A stretch of 61,771 bases of DNA. Source: Ruminococcus sp. (GTDB lineage: Bacteria; Bacillota_I; Bacilli_A; RF39; UBA660). The stretch lies in assembly GCA_023663235.1 (NCBI GenBank), contig JAMPHW010000002.1, forward strand, positions 1-61,771. Direction: 5' to 3'. How positions within the stretch are numbered: position 1 is the stretch's first letter; every line of letters begins with the position of its first letter. Positions 1 to 10,988 of this stretch are shown in pieces. The translations under genes and the position numbers were made by a program. The notes below the pieces were generated by a model. That model saw only the letters and a program-made list of their open reading frames with translations. It had not been told where the DNA came from and did no database searches.

Positions 1-610
1 TTTTAGCTAGTCTTTCTAGTTCTTCTTCATCATCAGTACTTAGAAGTTCTAACCAAAGTTTTAGTCTTTCACTAATATTAGTATATCTAAATTTATCTTT
101 ATCGTCAATATCTATGATGTAAATTTTAAATAGGTCTGGTGATATTCTATCATTCATGTTTTCTTCATTTATGATAGTATATTTTCTAATAGGACTTAGT
201 TTATTATTATGTACTCTATCATCTTTTACAAAATTTATTTGATGAGCTTTTCTTGCTAAGTCATACTTTTCACTAGCCTTTAAAGATTTACTTCCTAGTA
301 CTTTTGATATATATAAGAGGCTTTTCTTTTCAGCATTAATATCATATTTATTATACATTTCTAAATTTATTAAATCGCCATTTTCTAGTTCTACTAAAAC
401 GTCAAGTTCAAACTTTTTATTCTTAATAGTATTTTGATTTAACTTAACACTATTAAGAATTTTTAAGTTTTTTAGACTTCCTGGTAATAGATTATAAAAG
501 CTTTCTAATAAATCAGATACATACTTAACATGATTATTCGTGCCAAAAATAAATTTAAAGACTAAATCATTAGATAAAAAGACAAGATTAGTTTCTTCTT
601 TTGTTGTCAT
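1..610 (-). CDS. Rpn / PD-(D/E)XK (PDDEXK_2) family recombination-promoting nuclease, putative transposase. N-terminal ~203 codons only; the 3' end runs off the window
   Basis: Absent from the ORF track because it is open at the window edge. Hand translation from ATG at 608-610 (RBS AGAAAGGAG upstream) gives MTTKEETNLVFLSNDLVFKFIFGTNNHVKYVSDLL...KKFELDVLVELENGDLINLEMYNK. This resembles the N-terminal FK.IFG and D..E.Q core of this family as I remember it. Confidence 0.55.
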   Translation of the reverse strand, partial: MTTKEETNLVFLSNDLVFKFIFGTNNHVKYVSDLLESFYNLLPGSLKNLKILNSVKLNQNTIKNKKFELDVLVELENGDLINLEMYNKYDINAEKKSLLYISKVLGSKSLKASEKYDLARKAHQINFVKDDRVHNNKLSPIRKYTIINEENMNDRISPDLFKIYIIDIDDKDKFRYTNISERLKLWLELLSTDDEEELERLAK

Positions 611-748
611 ATTTTTCTCCTTTCTAATTTTCTTGAAATTAAGAAAATGTCTATACTATACCATAAAGAAAGTGCGAAATTTGTCGAGGATTGTCATGGA
701 ACTTATGAAATTTAAAAAAATAATGATTTTACTCATTACTTTTTCATC

Positions 749-1981
749 CTAAACTATTTCATAAGGATTATTAATTGTACCATCACCAGTAACTACTACT
801 TTTCTTACTAAATTAATAGTTGGTCTTACATTACGATATAAAGTACCAGAAATATTAGTTACTAATTTACCATTTTGATTAACACTTATAGGATAAAAAT
901 TACTATTATTAGAAGTTGCTAAAGTAGAAGTCCACCAAATATCTTCTATTTTTTCATTATATAAATAATATTCTTTATTATCACCATTAAAATTAGCCCC
1001 AGCAAAAACAATTTCATCAGCTTGTAGCAAGCCTATTTTGCTACTAAAAGTAGTCCCTAAACAATTAAAAGTAGGTATCTTATTCGTTATTAACCTATCA
1101 TAAGGATTATAAACTAAACTATTACCGTTAATTGTATTCTCATTTTCTGAACAAAATTTAGAATTAACAATATAAGAATCTAAAGAAGATAAATAACTAT
1201 CATAAAAACTTTGTAAAAAACTAGTAATTGTTGTACTTTCTAGGTTATCAAAAGACTCAGTAGCATCATTATAACTTGCTAAATCACTTATAGCATCTTC
1301 CATTATAAGTTTAACAGTCCCATTTCCATTAACTCTTACAATTCGCCATAAATAATTACCAAATTTCACATAGTTATTATCTACTTTCCCCCTAAAATAA
1401 TAAGTTACCCCATAATCATCAATATCTTCTATTAAACCTTCATTAGTAGTAGCAATTTCTTCTCCCACTTTTGTCTCCGTATTTTTCTTTGTTTCATTAT
1501 TTTTTAGAATTGTCGCATAAAAATATTCAACAGATTCATTTATTTTTTTTACATTAATACTAAAAGAGGTTATCGTATTATTACTGATTTTAAGCACATA
1601 ATTTTGTGTTTCTCCCGCTTTTATATATATTCCACTAGTTAAAATATTCTGATCAGTATCAAAACTAGCATTTGTTATATGAACTTCACCCTCGGTCGAT
1701 ATTAAATTATAACGTATTTTTTCTTCAAAATTCTTTAAATCATTTATTATAAGATCAAAATATATATTATTAGCTCCATTATTAGTGACACTAAAAGTAT
1801 ATGTACCATCTTTATTTATTTTATTGCCATTTATAAAGTTTACAGATAACTCATCTTCAACTAAAACTAGGGTATCATTATTAATAACTCTATCATAAAA
1901 AAGATAGGCAACTCCAATAAATATACAAATTCCAAGTAAACCTGCAATAACTGTTAAAAAGCCTTTATATTTTACTTTCAT
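749..1981 (-). CDS. Exported/membrane-anchored DUF6273-like protein (paralogue 1 of 3 in the window)
   Basis: 410 aa ORF with an N-terminal TM (FLTVIAGLLGICIFIGVAYLF). It shares YYFRG..NYVKFGNYLWRIVRVNGNGTVKLI, GLLQADEIVFAG, WWTS and VRPTINL...GDGTINNPYEIV blocks with 48665-50083 and 60356-61765. Confidence 0.7.
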   Translation of the reverse strand: MKVKYKGFLTVIAGLLGICIFIGVAYLFYDRVINNDTLVLVEDELSVNFINGNKINKDGTYTFSVTNNGANNIYFDLIINDLKNFEEKIRYNLISTEGEVHITNASFDTDQNILTSGIYIKAGETQNYVLKISNNTITSFSINVKKINESVEYFYATILKNNETKKNTETKVGEEIATTNEGLIEDIDDYGVTYYFRGKVDNNYVKFGNYLWRIVRVNGNGTVKLIMEDAISDLASYNDATESFDNLESTTITSFLQSFYDSYLSSLDSYIVNSKFCSENENTINGNSLVYNPYDRLITNKIPTFNCLGTTFSSKIGLLQADEIVFAGANFNGDNKEYYLYNEKIEDIWWTSTLATSNNSNFYPISVNQNGKLVTNISGTLYRNVRPTINLVRKVVVTGDGTINNPYEIV

Positions 1982-2069
1982 ACATCTTATTCCCCTTTAT
2001 TTTAAGTATAAAGGTAAAGCATTTAAAAGTCAATTTAAAAAAATCTATTATTATTATTATTTTACATAG

Positions 2070-2091
2070 AAAAAAGCATCACTAGATGCTT
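2070..2091 (-). terminator. Rho-independent terminator after dnaJ
   Basis: Minus strand AAGCATC-TAGT-GATGCTT followed by TTTTTT. The stem overlaps the dnaJ stop codon. Confidence 0.6.
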
Positions 2092-3211
2092 ATAAGAACC
2101 TGTTAAATTTTTTAAATTCAGCGGCATCATCTAAATCAGTATTTGCAAGTTCTTTAATTAATCTTTTTTGACTCATACTAAGTTTAGTTGGTGTTATAAC
2201 TTTATAAACTACATACATATTACCATGTCCTATAGCATTAACTTTTTTAACACCCTTACCTTTTAATTTAACTTTCTCACCTGATTGTGTACCTGGTTTA
2301 ACTTCTAATAAAACATTACCACTTAAAGTAGGTATTTCCTTTTTAGTACCTAAAATAGCTTCTGTTATAGTAAGAGGAACATCTAAGTAAATGTCTTCAT
2401 CTTCTCTTGTAAATAATTCATGATTTTTAACTTTAAATTCTAAATAAATATCTCCGTTAGGTCCTCCATTAGAGCCAGCTGACCCTTTACCGCTTATGCG
2501 TAATTGGTATCCTGTATCAATGCCCTCAGGAATAGAAACTTCTATTTCTTTTTTCTTTCTTACATTTCCAATACCATTACATTCACTACATATTTCTTTA
2601 AAAGTATGACCTGTTCCATCACAATCACGGCAAGTAGTTTGTGTTTGAAAAACGCCGAATAAAGAACGTTGTTCACTAATTATACGACCACTTCCACCAC
2701 AAGTATGACAAGTAACTTCTTTAAATCCTCCAGCACCACCACACTTAGAACATTTTTCATTTAAGTCTAAATTAATGGTCTTTTTACAACCAAAAACGGC
2801 TTCTTCAAATGTTAAATTAACAACTACTAAACTATCTTCACCTTTGCGAGGCCTCTTAGAATTTCTTTTGGTTCCGCCAAAATTACTAAAACTTCCAAAT
2901 CCAGAAAATTCTCCACCAAAGATATCATTTAATATATCTCCTAAATCAATATCCTCAGCACTAAAACCACTATAATTTGCCCCACCATTATTTGTAAATG
3001 CTTGATGTCCAAATTGATCATATTGACGTCTTTTAGTAGCATCAGAAAGAATAGCATAAGCTTCTCCTACTTCTTTAAATTTAGCTTCATCACCTGTTTG
3101 TTTATTATCAGGATGATATGTTTTAGCAAGTTTTCTAAAGGCTCTTTTTATTTCTTCGTCTGAGGCAGTTTTGCTAACTCCTAAAACCTCATAATAATCT
3201 TTCTTATTCAT
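2090..3211 (-). CDS. dnaJ: Molecular chaperone DnaJ
   Basis: J-domain with HPD (KTYHPDNKQ), a G/F-rich linker and four CxxCxGxG zinc-finger repeats. RBS AAGGTGG. The start is 9 nt after the pepF stop. Confidence 0.97.
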   Translation of the reverse strand: MNKKDYYEVLGVSKTASDEEIKRAFRKLAKTYHPDNKQTGDEAKFKEVGEAYAILSDATKRRQYDQFGHQAFTNNGGANYSGFSAEDIDLGDILNDIFGGEFSGFGSFSNFGGTKRNSKRPRKGEDSLVVVNLTFEEAVFGCKKTINLDLNEKCSKCGGAGGFKEVTCHTCGGSGRIISEQRSLFGVFQTQTTCRDCDGTGHTFKEICSECNGIGNVRKKKEIEVSIPEGIDTGYQLRISGKGSAGSNGGPNGDIYLEFKVKNHELFTREDEDIYLDVPLTITEAILGTKKEIPTLSGNVLLEVKPGTQSGEKVKLKGKGVKKVNAIGHGNMYVVYKVITPTKLSMSQKRLIKELANTDLDDAAEFKKFNRFL

Positions 3212-3220
3212 TTTACCACC

Positions 3221-5011
3221 TTATTCCTTATATAAATCGGTAAGTTCCGATACTAATTCTTCAAAATATACAAAAGCTTCATTTAATGTATCTTCGCTAC
3301 TCATATCAACACCAGCTACCTTTAAAGATTCTATTGGTGTTTTAGTAGCTCCTAGTTTTAAAAATTCCAAATAATTTCTGACGCTACCTTCTTTTTTATT
3401 TAAAATATCTCTAACAATTTTTATAGATGCTGTATATGCCGTAGCATATTGATAAACATAAAAATTCATATAGAAATGCGGAATACGTTCCCATTCATAT
3501 CTTATTAAATCATCAATAACTATATTCTTGCCTAGATATTCTTTGTTTAAGCTATAGTAAGTATCTGATATCACTTCATGAGTTAAAACACTACCCGCTG
3601 CATCTAATTCATGTAACTGTTTTTCAAAATCCGCAAACATTGTTTGTCTATATATTGTTGCTTTAAAATCCTGAATTAAATCATCAATTAAATATTTCTT
3701 TTCCTCTAAATCACTAGTATTCGCAATTAAATATTTACTTAATAAAATTTGATTAACTTGACTAGCCACTTCCGCAACAAATATAGAATATGCATAATCC
3801 TGAAATGTTTGGTTTTTTATCGCATAATAATAGTGCATTGCATGTCCAAGCTCATGAGCAAGTGTTGAAACATTATTTAATGAGCCATCAAAACTAAGTA
3901 AAACATAAGGATGCACATTATAGCAAGCTGTACAATAAGCCCCATTTCTCTTTCCTGTATTAGGAGGATAATCTATCCATCTATCATCAAAAGCTTTCTT
4001 TAAGTCATTTATATAGGTATCTCCTAAAGGATTTAAAGCTTTAAGTATTAATTCTTCAGCGTCTTTTTCTGTATACTTATTAGTTGAATCTTTTGTAATT
4101 GAGGCAAAAGAATCATATATATGTAGTGAGCTTAATCCTAAAGCTTCTTTTTTTAATTTCCAATATTTAGATAAAGGCGCAATGTTCTTTTTAACACCTT
4201 TAATTAAATTATCATATATGGCATCAGGTATATCATTTTGAAAAAGCGAAGCACTAAGAGCACTTGGAAATTTTCTAATATTAGCAAGTTTATTATTACG
4301 TGATACTTCACTAGCAAGTAAACTAGCATAAGTATTTTTAAAATTACCATAAGTACTAAATAGTTTATTAAAAGCAGACTCTCTTACTTTTCTGTTAGAG
4401 CTTTCAATAAATTTACGATAACTTTTTTCTGTTAATTCTTCTTTATTACCCTCTTCATTAAGAATAGCGCCAAACTTTAAATCAGCATCTGTAAGAAGTG
4501 AATATGTATTATCTGGTGTATTAAATACTGTACTTAAACTAGATAATAATTGTTCCTCTTTCTCACTTAAAGTATGTTCCTTATTTTTAAATGATTCTCT
4601 TAATGTTCTTTCATAAACTTTTAACTTAGGATTATCTTTTAAATATTTTTCAATCAAACTATAATCAGCTTTTAATATTTCTGGTGTTATAAAAGCTGTT
4701 ACCTCTAAATATTTTTCATAAAGGCGATATGTTTTACCATGCATTGTTTGATATTTTGTATTTCTTGTATCTTGATCATTTTGTAAATAAGTATAAATAT
4801 ATACTTGTTCTAAGTCTCTTCCAAATTTATTATCAAAATCTAATAATTCTAAAAGAGTATCTGCATTATCTAATATATGCCCTCTATATTTTTGAAAACC
4901 GCTTAAATTATCTTCTAACTCTTTAAAAGCTTTTTCATAATCTTCTTCACTACTATATATATCTTTTATATTCCATTTTAAATCTTCACTATAAGTTTCT
5001 CTATTTGCCAT
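3221..5011 (-). CDS. pepF: Oligoendopeptidase F (M3B family)
   Basis: 596 aa with an HELGH zinc motif (TLAHELGHAMH) and the length and architecture typical of PepF. RBS AAAAGGAG. Confidence 0.85.
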   Translation of the reverse strand: MANRETYSEDLKWNIKDIYSSEEDYEKAFKELEDNLSGFQKYRGHILDNADTLLELLDFDNKFGRDLEQVYIYTYLQNDQDTRNTKYQTMHGKTYRLYEKYLEVTAFITPEILKADYSLIEKYLKDNPKLKVYERTLRESFKNKEHTLSEKEEQLLSSLSTVFNTPDNTYSLLTDADLKFGAILNEEGNKEELTEKSYRKFIESSNRKVRESAFNKLFSTYGNFKNTYASLLASEVSRNNKLANIRKFPSALSASLFQNDIPDAIYDNLIKGVKKNIAPLSKYWKLKKEALGLSSLHIYDSFASITKDSTNKYTEKDAEELILKALNPLGDTYINDLKKAFDDRWIDYPPNTGKRNGAYCTACYNVHPYVLLSFDGSLNNVSTLAHELGHAMHYYYAIKNQTFQDYAYSIFVAEVASQVNQILLSKYLIANTSDLEEKKYLIDDLIQDFKATIYRQTMFADFEKQLHELDAAGSVLTHEVISDTYYSLNKEYLGKNIVIDDLIRYEWERIPHFYMNFYVYQYATAYTASIKIVRDILNKKEGSVRNYLEFLKLGATKTPIESLKVAGVDMSSEDTLNEAFVYFEELVSELTDLYKE

Positions 5012-5034
5012 AATTCTCCTTTTAACTAACAGAA

Positions 5035-5054
5035 AGTCCTAGTTTCCTAGAACT
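5035..5054 (-). terminator. Intra-operon stem-loop between dnaK and pepF (possible partial terminator or processing site)
   Basis: Minus strand AGTTCTAG-GAAA-CTAGGACT (8 bp including one G.U) followed by TTCTGTT. Confidence 0.3.
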
Positions 5055-5062
5055 TGAGTGTC

Positions 5063-7451
<2,389 letters not shown>

Positions 7452-8453
7452 TTAATCACCTTTTTCTTCTAACCATTTATTTAATATATTTAAAACACCG
7501 ACAACTTTGTCATATTCCATTCTTTTAGGACCAACTATCGCAATTGTTCCTTCCTCACCATTTATCGCATAATTTGTTTTAATAACTGTTACATTATCAT
7601 CAAATTCGTTTTCTTTTCCAATATAAATACTAATATTTTTACCATCACTTTTTTCAATCTTCCGAATTGAATCTTCATCTTCAAGTTTGGCTATTAACCT
7701 TTTAAGTTCTGTTGTATCATTGTATTCAGGTTGTTCTAACATTTTTGATTTACCTACAACCCTGAAGTTTTCCTTAGAACTTACAAAATCATTAAACGCT
7801 TCATAAAAAATATTATATATTGTTTCATACTGTTCTATTTGCCTTGAAATAATTGGTTTAATTTCAAATTCTAAACGTTCTGAAACCATCGATATTGGAG
7901 TACCCATAAGCATTTTATTAATAATTTCACTAGTTTTAACTATTTCTTTAATATTAATATTGGAATTAACAATAAATTGCTTATTTTTTACAATTCCTTT
8001 ATCAGTACAAACAAGGGCTACTAAATGTTCCTCATCAAGTGGAATAATGGAAATTTGTTTTAAAGTATTGAGGTCACTTTCCTTTCCTAATGAAATACTG
8101 GTATAATTGGTGATATCACTTATTATTTCTAAACATCTTTCAATCGCATCACTAACCATCAAATTTTGATTAGAGAATATTGTTTGAAGTTTTAGCATAT
8201 CTTCACCAGTTAGTTCTTTAGGTTGCATTAAATTTTCTACATAATATTTATATCCAAGCTCACTTGGAATACGACCACTAGAAATATGATTTTTCTCCAC
8301 ATATCCTAATTTTTCTAGATAAGCCATTTCATTACGAATAGTTGCACTACTGCAATTAAATCTATCACATAAATGTTTAGAACCAATTGGCTTTGCTTCT
8401 TTAATATAGCCTTCTACTATTTCTTTTAAAAGGTCTTTTTGTCTATTATCCAT
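7452..8453 (-). CDS. hrcA: Heat-inducible transcription repressor HrcA
   Basis: Winged-helix N-terminus (RQKDLLKEIVEGYIKEAKPIGSK) in the operon position before grpE. ATG at 8453 is preferred (RBS AAAGGTGG). The ORF-track start at 8471 lies inside the CIRCE element. Confidence 0.95.
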   Translation of the reverse strand: MDNRQKDLLKEIVEGYIKEAKPIGSKHLCDRFNCSSATIRNEMAYLEKLGYVEKNHISSGRIPSELGYKYYVENLMQPKELTGEDMLKLQTIFSNQNLMVSDAIERCLEIISDITNYTSISLGKESDLNTLKQISIIPLDEEHLVALVCTDKGIVKNKQFIVNSNINIKEIVKTSEIINKMLMGTPISMVSERLEFEIKPIISRQIEQYETIYNIFYEAFNDFVSSKENFRVVGKSKMLEQPEYNDTTELKRLIAKLEDEDSIRKIEKSDGKNISIYIGKENEFDDNVTVIKTNYAINGEEGTIAIVGPKRMEYDKVVGVLNILNKWLEEKGD

Positions 8454-8464
8454 GTTACCACCTT

Positions 8465-8491
8465 TTAGCACTAATCATTTTTCAGTGCTAG
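8465..8491 (-). promoter_or_regulatory. CIRCE operator (HrcA binding site), promoter-proximal copy
   Basis: Minus strand CTAGCACTG-N9-TAGTGCTAA versus the consensus TTAGCACTC-N9-GAGTGCTAA. It starts 5 nt downstream of the -10 and abuts the hrcA RBS. Confidence 0.9.
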
Positions 8492-8495
8492 TACC

Positions 8496-8524
8496 ATTAT
8501 AATATTATGCTTAGCACTTGTCAA
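8496..8524 (-). promoter_or_regulatory. SigA-type promoter of the hrcA operon
   Basis: Minus strand TTGACA (8519-8524), a 17 nt spacer, then TATAAT (8496-8501). Confidence 0.85.
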
Positions 8525-8538
8525 TATATAACTGCTAA
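8511..8538 (-). promoter_or_regulatory. Second, degenerate CIRCE-like inverted repeat overlapping the -35
   Basis: Minus strand TTAGCAGTT-N10-AAGTGCTAA (7/9 and 8/9 arm matches, with a 10 nt rather than 9 nt spacer). The TTGACA -35 lies in its spacer. Confidence 0.55.
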
Positions 8539-8594
8539 TTTAACAAAAAATTAAAAATTGCCTGTTAAGACAATTTACCTTTTAGAAAATCTTT

Positions 8595-9140
8595 TTAAGA
8601 GTAGCATATATTATCAGGAAAAGATAAATTTTCTAAACTTATAAATACATTTTTACTACCACTAGTAATATTATTACACTTATATATTTTAATCTTCTCA
8701 TTAAATATATTTCTACTACTTCTATATTCTCTACTACCACCATCATAAGCGCTAAGATATATATTCATATTATTAAGCATTTTATCTATAAATAAATTAT
8801 CTTTAAATAATTTCTCTTTTAAAGTTACAGTATTATTTAATTCATTTACATATATTTCTTTAATACCCATAAAATATATACTATAATCCTCAAATTCATA
8901 ATATTTTATAATATCTTCATTTAATTCTTTGTTAATATTAAAAGTTATATTTTTAAATTCATATCTATCTAAAAAAGCATTATTAGTATAATGATAAACA
9001 AATAACATTTCCTTACAAGTATTATCTATGATAACCGCATTAGAATAATCATATACATCTCTTTTTAAAATATTATTATTTATAACAATTCCTAATAAAA
9101 CAAATATAACTATAATAATAAATAATCTAACCTTTTTCAT
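8595..9140 (-). CDS. Hypothetical exported/membrane-anchored protein
   Basis: 181 aa ORF with an N-terminal hydrophobic segment (LFIIIVIFVLLGIVI). No recognisable domain. Confidence 0.6.
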   Translation of the reverse strand: MKKVRLFIIIVIFVLLGIVINNNILKRDVYDYSNAVIIDNTCKEMLFVYHYTNNAFLDRYEFKNITFNINKELNEDIIKYYEFEDYSIYFMGIKEIYVNELNNTVTLKEKLFKDNLFIDKMLNNMNIYLSAYDGGSREYRSSRNIFNEKIKIYKCNNITSGSKNVFISLENLSFPDNICYS

Positions 9141-9143
9141 AGT

Positions 9144-9623
9144 CTAATCAATTCTACAAGAATTACTTATTCCCGCATTTCTTAGTGTTTCATAAAGTAT
9201 ATTATCTTCACCTTGAATAACGCCTTTATCACCATCTTTAGTAATAACATATAGCCCAGAGTAAGAATTTTTATTTATATTTTCTTTTATATATTTTAAT
9301 ATTTTAGTTACATCAACATCTGTTTTTATAGTCTTAAGCTCACTTAATTTATTATCATCGCTATCTTTTATAACTTTTATTTCCTTAGACTTAACATAAA
9401 TTAAATTAGCTCTACAATTTATATCACGTCTTGTAATAACAAGATCATAACCATTTAATTTAATATTATCAGGAAATTCTAATTTAGCATCTTTATAATC
9501 TTCACTTTTAATATTAGTATGATAAAAATCCATTTTATCCCGTTTAAAAACTAAAATAGAACCACCTATAAATAAAACGACTAATACTGTTGCTATGATT
9601 ATTTTCTTTTTCATTTCAAACAC
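9144..9623 (-). CDS. Hypothetical exported/membrane-anchored protein
   Basis: 159 aa ORF with an N-terminal TM (IIIATVLVVLFIGGSILVF). RBS TAGGAGTG. Located 3 nt upstream of the next ORF. Confidence 0.6.
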   Translation of the reverse strand: MFEMKKKIIIATVLVVLFIGGSILVFKRDKMDFYHTNIKSEDYKDAKLEFPDNIKLNGYDLVITRRDINCRANLIYVKSKEIKVIKDSDDNKLSELKTIKTDVDVTKILKYIKENINKNSYSGLYVITKDGDKGVIQGEDNILYETLRNAGISNSCRID

Positions 9624-9638
9624 TCCTATATAACTATA

Positions 9639-9686
9639 TTATACAATAAACATGACCTAAAAGAAAGATAATTTGTCTTTCTTTTT
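9639..9686 (-). repeat. Terminator-plus-promoter module, copy 1 (paralogous to 12922-12967)
   Basis: Minus strand AAAAAGAAAGA-CAAATTA-TCTTTCTTTT hairpin followed by AGGTCATGTTTATTGTATAAT. It is nearly identical in order and sequence to the copy upstream of the ABC ATPase gene. Confidence 0.6.
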
Positions 9687-10154
9687 AAATAATAAAATCA
9701 ACCGAAAATGTATGAATACTACTTTCATTAAATTCATTATCTTGATTTTCTTCTTGGAAAAGTACATCTTTTACAAGTTTATATTCGCCTGGTTTTAATT
9801 TTCCATATAGCCATTCCCAATCAGCTTCCATTTCTAATAAATTATCCTCATTTACATAATAATCTAAAAGTGTCCAACCATATTTATCTATTTTTGTAGG
9901 GAAATAATACCATTCGTTGTTTATTTTTTCATATAAAGTAAATGATATACCATAAATATGGTTTTTAGTGTTTAAATTTAAATCTTCAATTATAACTGTT
10001 GTGGAACCATCCGTTAAAGTTCCTTCTTTAATTCTCATAGTTATATTTTCTGCTGTATCACCTTTATACTTTTCTCTAGTTTCACTATCTGCTTCTTTCC
10101 ACAACCACTAATTGTTATAATAAGTAGTAATGATACCATTAATATTTTCTTCAT
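9685..10154 (-). pseudogene. Ig-like-domain lipoprotein disrupted by a 1-nt frameshift right after the lipobox (or a sequencing error)
   Basis: ATG at 10154 (RBS GAGGAGAG) encodes MKKILMVSLLLIITISGC, a signal peptide with lipobox. That frame stops after 37 codons. The 139-aa body ORF (9685-10104) continues in another frame from the same GGAAAGAAG run, and one extra A would fuse them (..SGCGKEADSETREKY..). Confidence 0.6.
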
Positions 10155-10184
10155 TCTTTAACTCTCCTCAACTACAGTAATAAA

Positions 10185-10988
10185 CTAATTAAAAATTAAA
10201 TAAATGCCACTTATCAATAAACTTAATAATATTGAAATTACAAATAATAAAACTAATTTTATAATGCTATATTTAGCTATTTGCTTTTTATTCTGTCCTA
10301 ACGCTCTATATAATATAACCTTTTTCTTTTCATCTTCAAAAATATTAACTATTGTAACAATTAGAATTATAGCGAACAAAATTATACTTAAAATAATAAA
10401 TATTTTAGTTAAAATTATTGTTGGTTCATAATTAATGTTTGATTTATACTTACGGCTAGCACTGATATCAAACTCTCCTAATTCGCTTATTTTAGTTCTT
10501 ATTTTATAATCTTTAGTCCAATCTTTTAAATCTAAAACATAAGTTTTATCCCCATAACTAGCTATTTCTTTCATAGTACTATTGCTTATCTTAAAAAGAG
10601 AAGAAGAATATTCATGACTACCAATAATATCTAAATCTTTTGAGTAATTTTCAAGTTCTAAAGAAATTATTTTATCAGGAAAATCACTAGACGAATAAAA
10701 ATCGGATATTTTAACCTCACTATCTTTTAAGTTATAATCTACCATAAATATTTTATTATCAATTGTTATGCCCTCACCAATTATTTTAACTTCTTTTATT
10801 TTCTTAATAACATCTAAATCTTCCTTATTGCTTGCAACACTTATAAAAGAGCCTTTATAATTATTGTTGTATAGTTCTATATAATGATTTTTATTAATTA
10901 CTAATAAAAATATAGCTGTTAAAATAAGAGTTATAATAAACACATATATTTTAGTAGTTTTTTTTCTAAAAAAACTTTTATAAATCAT
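10185..10988 (-). CDS. FtsX-like ABC transporter permease (short)
   Basis: 267 aa with an N-terminal TM, a ~150 aa extracytoplasmic segment and C-terminal TMs carrying an FtsX-like loop (ILYRALGQNKKQIAKYSII). It overlaps the upstream permease gene. Confidence 0.65.
   Translation of the reverse strand: MIYKSFFRKKTTKIYVFIITLILTAIFLLVINKNHYIELYNNNYKGSFISVASNKEDLDVIKKIKEVKIIGEGITIDNKIFMVDYNLKDSEVKISDFYSSSDFPDKIISLELENYSKDLDIIGSHEYSSSLFKISNSTMKEIASYGDKTYVLDLKDWTKDYKIRTKISELGEFDISASRKYKSNINYEPTIILTKIFIILSIILFAIILIVTIVNIFEDEKKKVILYRALGQNKKQIAKYSIIKLVLLFVISILLSLLISGIYLIFN

Noticed and set aside
540-752. 70-aa plus-strand ORF from the track
   Set aside because: It overlaps the 5' end, RBS and promoter region of the minus-strand Rpn-like gene. 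It is a low-complexity Ile/Leu/Phe/Lys-rich translation typical of antisense or AT-rich noise, and it has no RBS.
1891-1981. MKVKYKGFLTV.. N-terminus of paralogue 1 as a prepilin (class III) signal
   Set aside because: It lacks the conserved Glu at +5 and the G|FTL(V/I)E core seen in the true pilin at 55331-55750. It is more simply a signal anchor.
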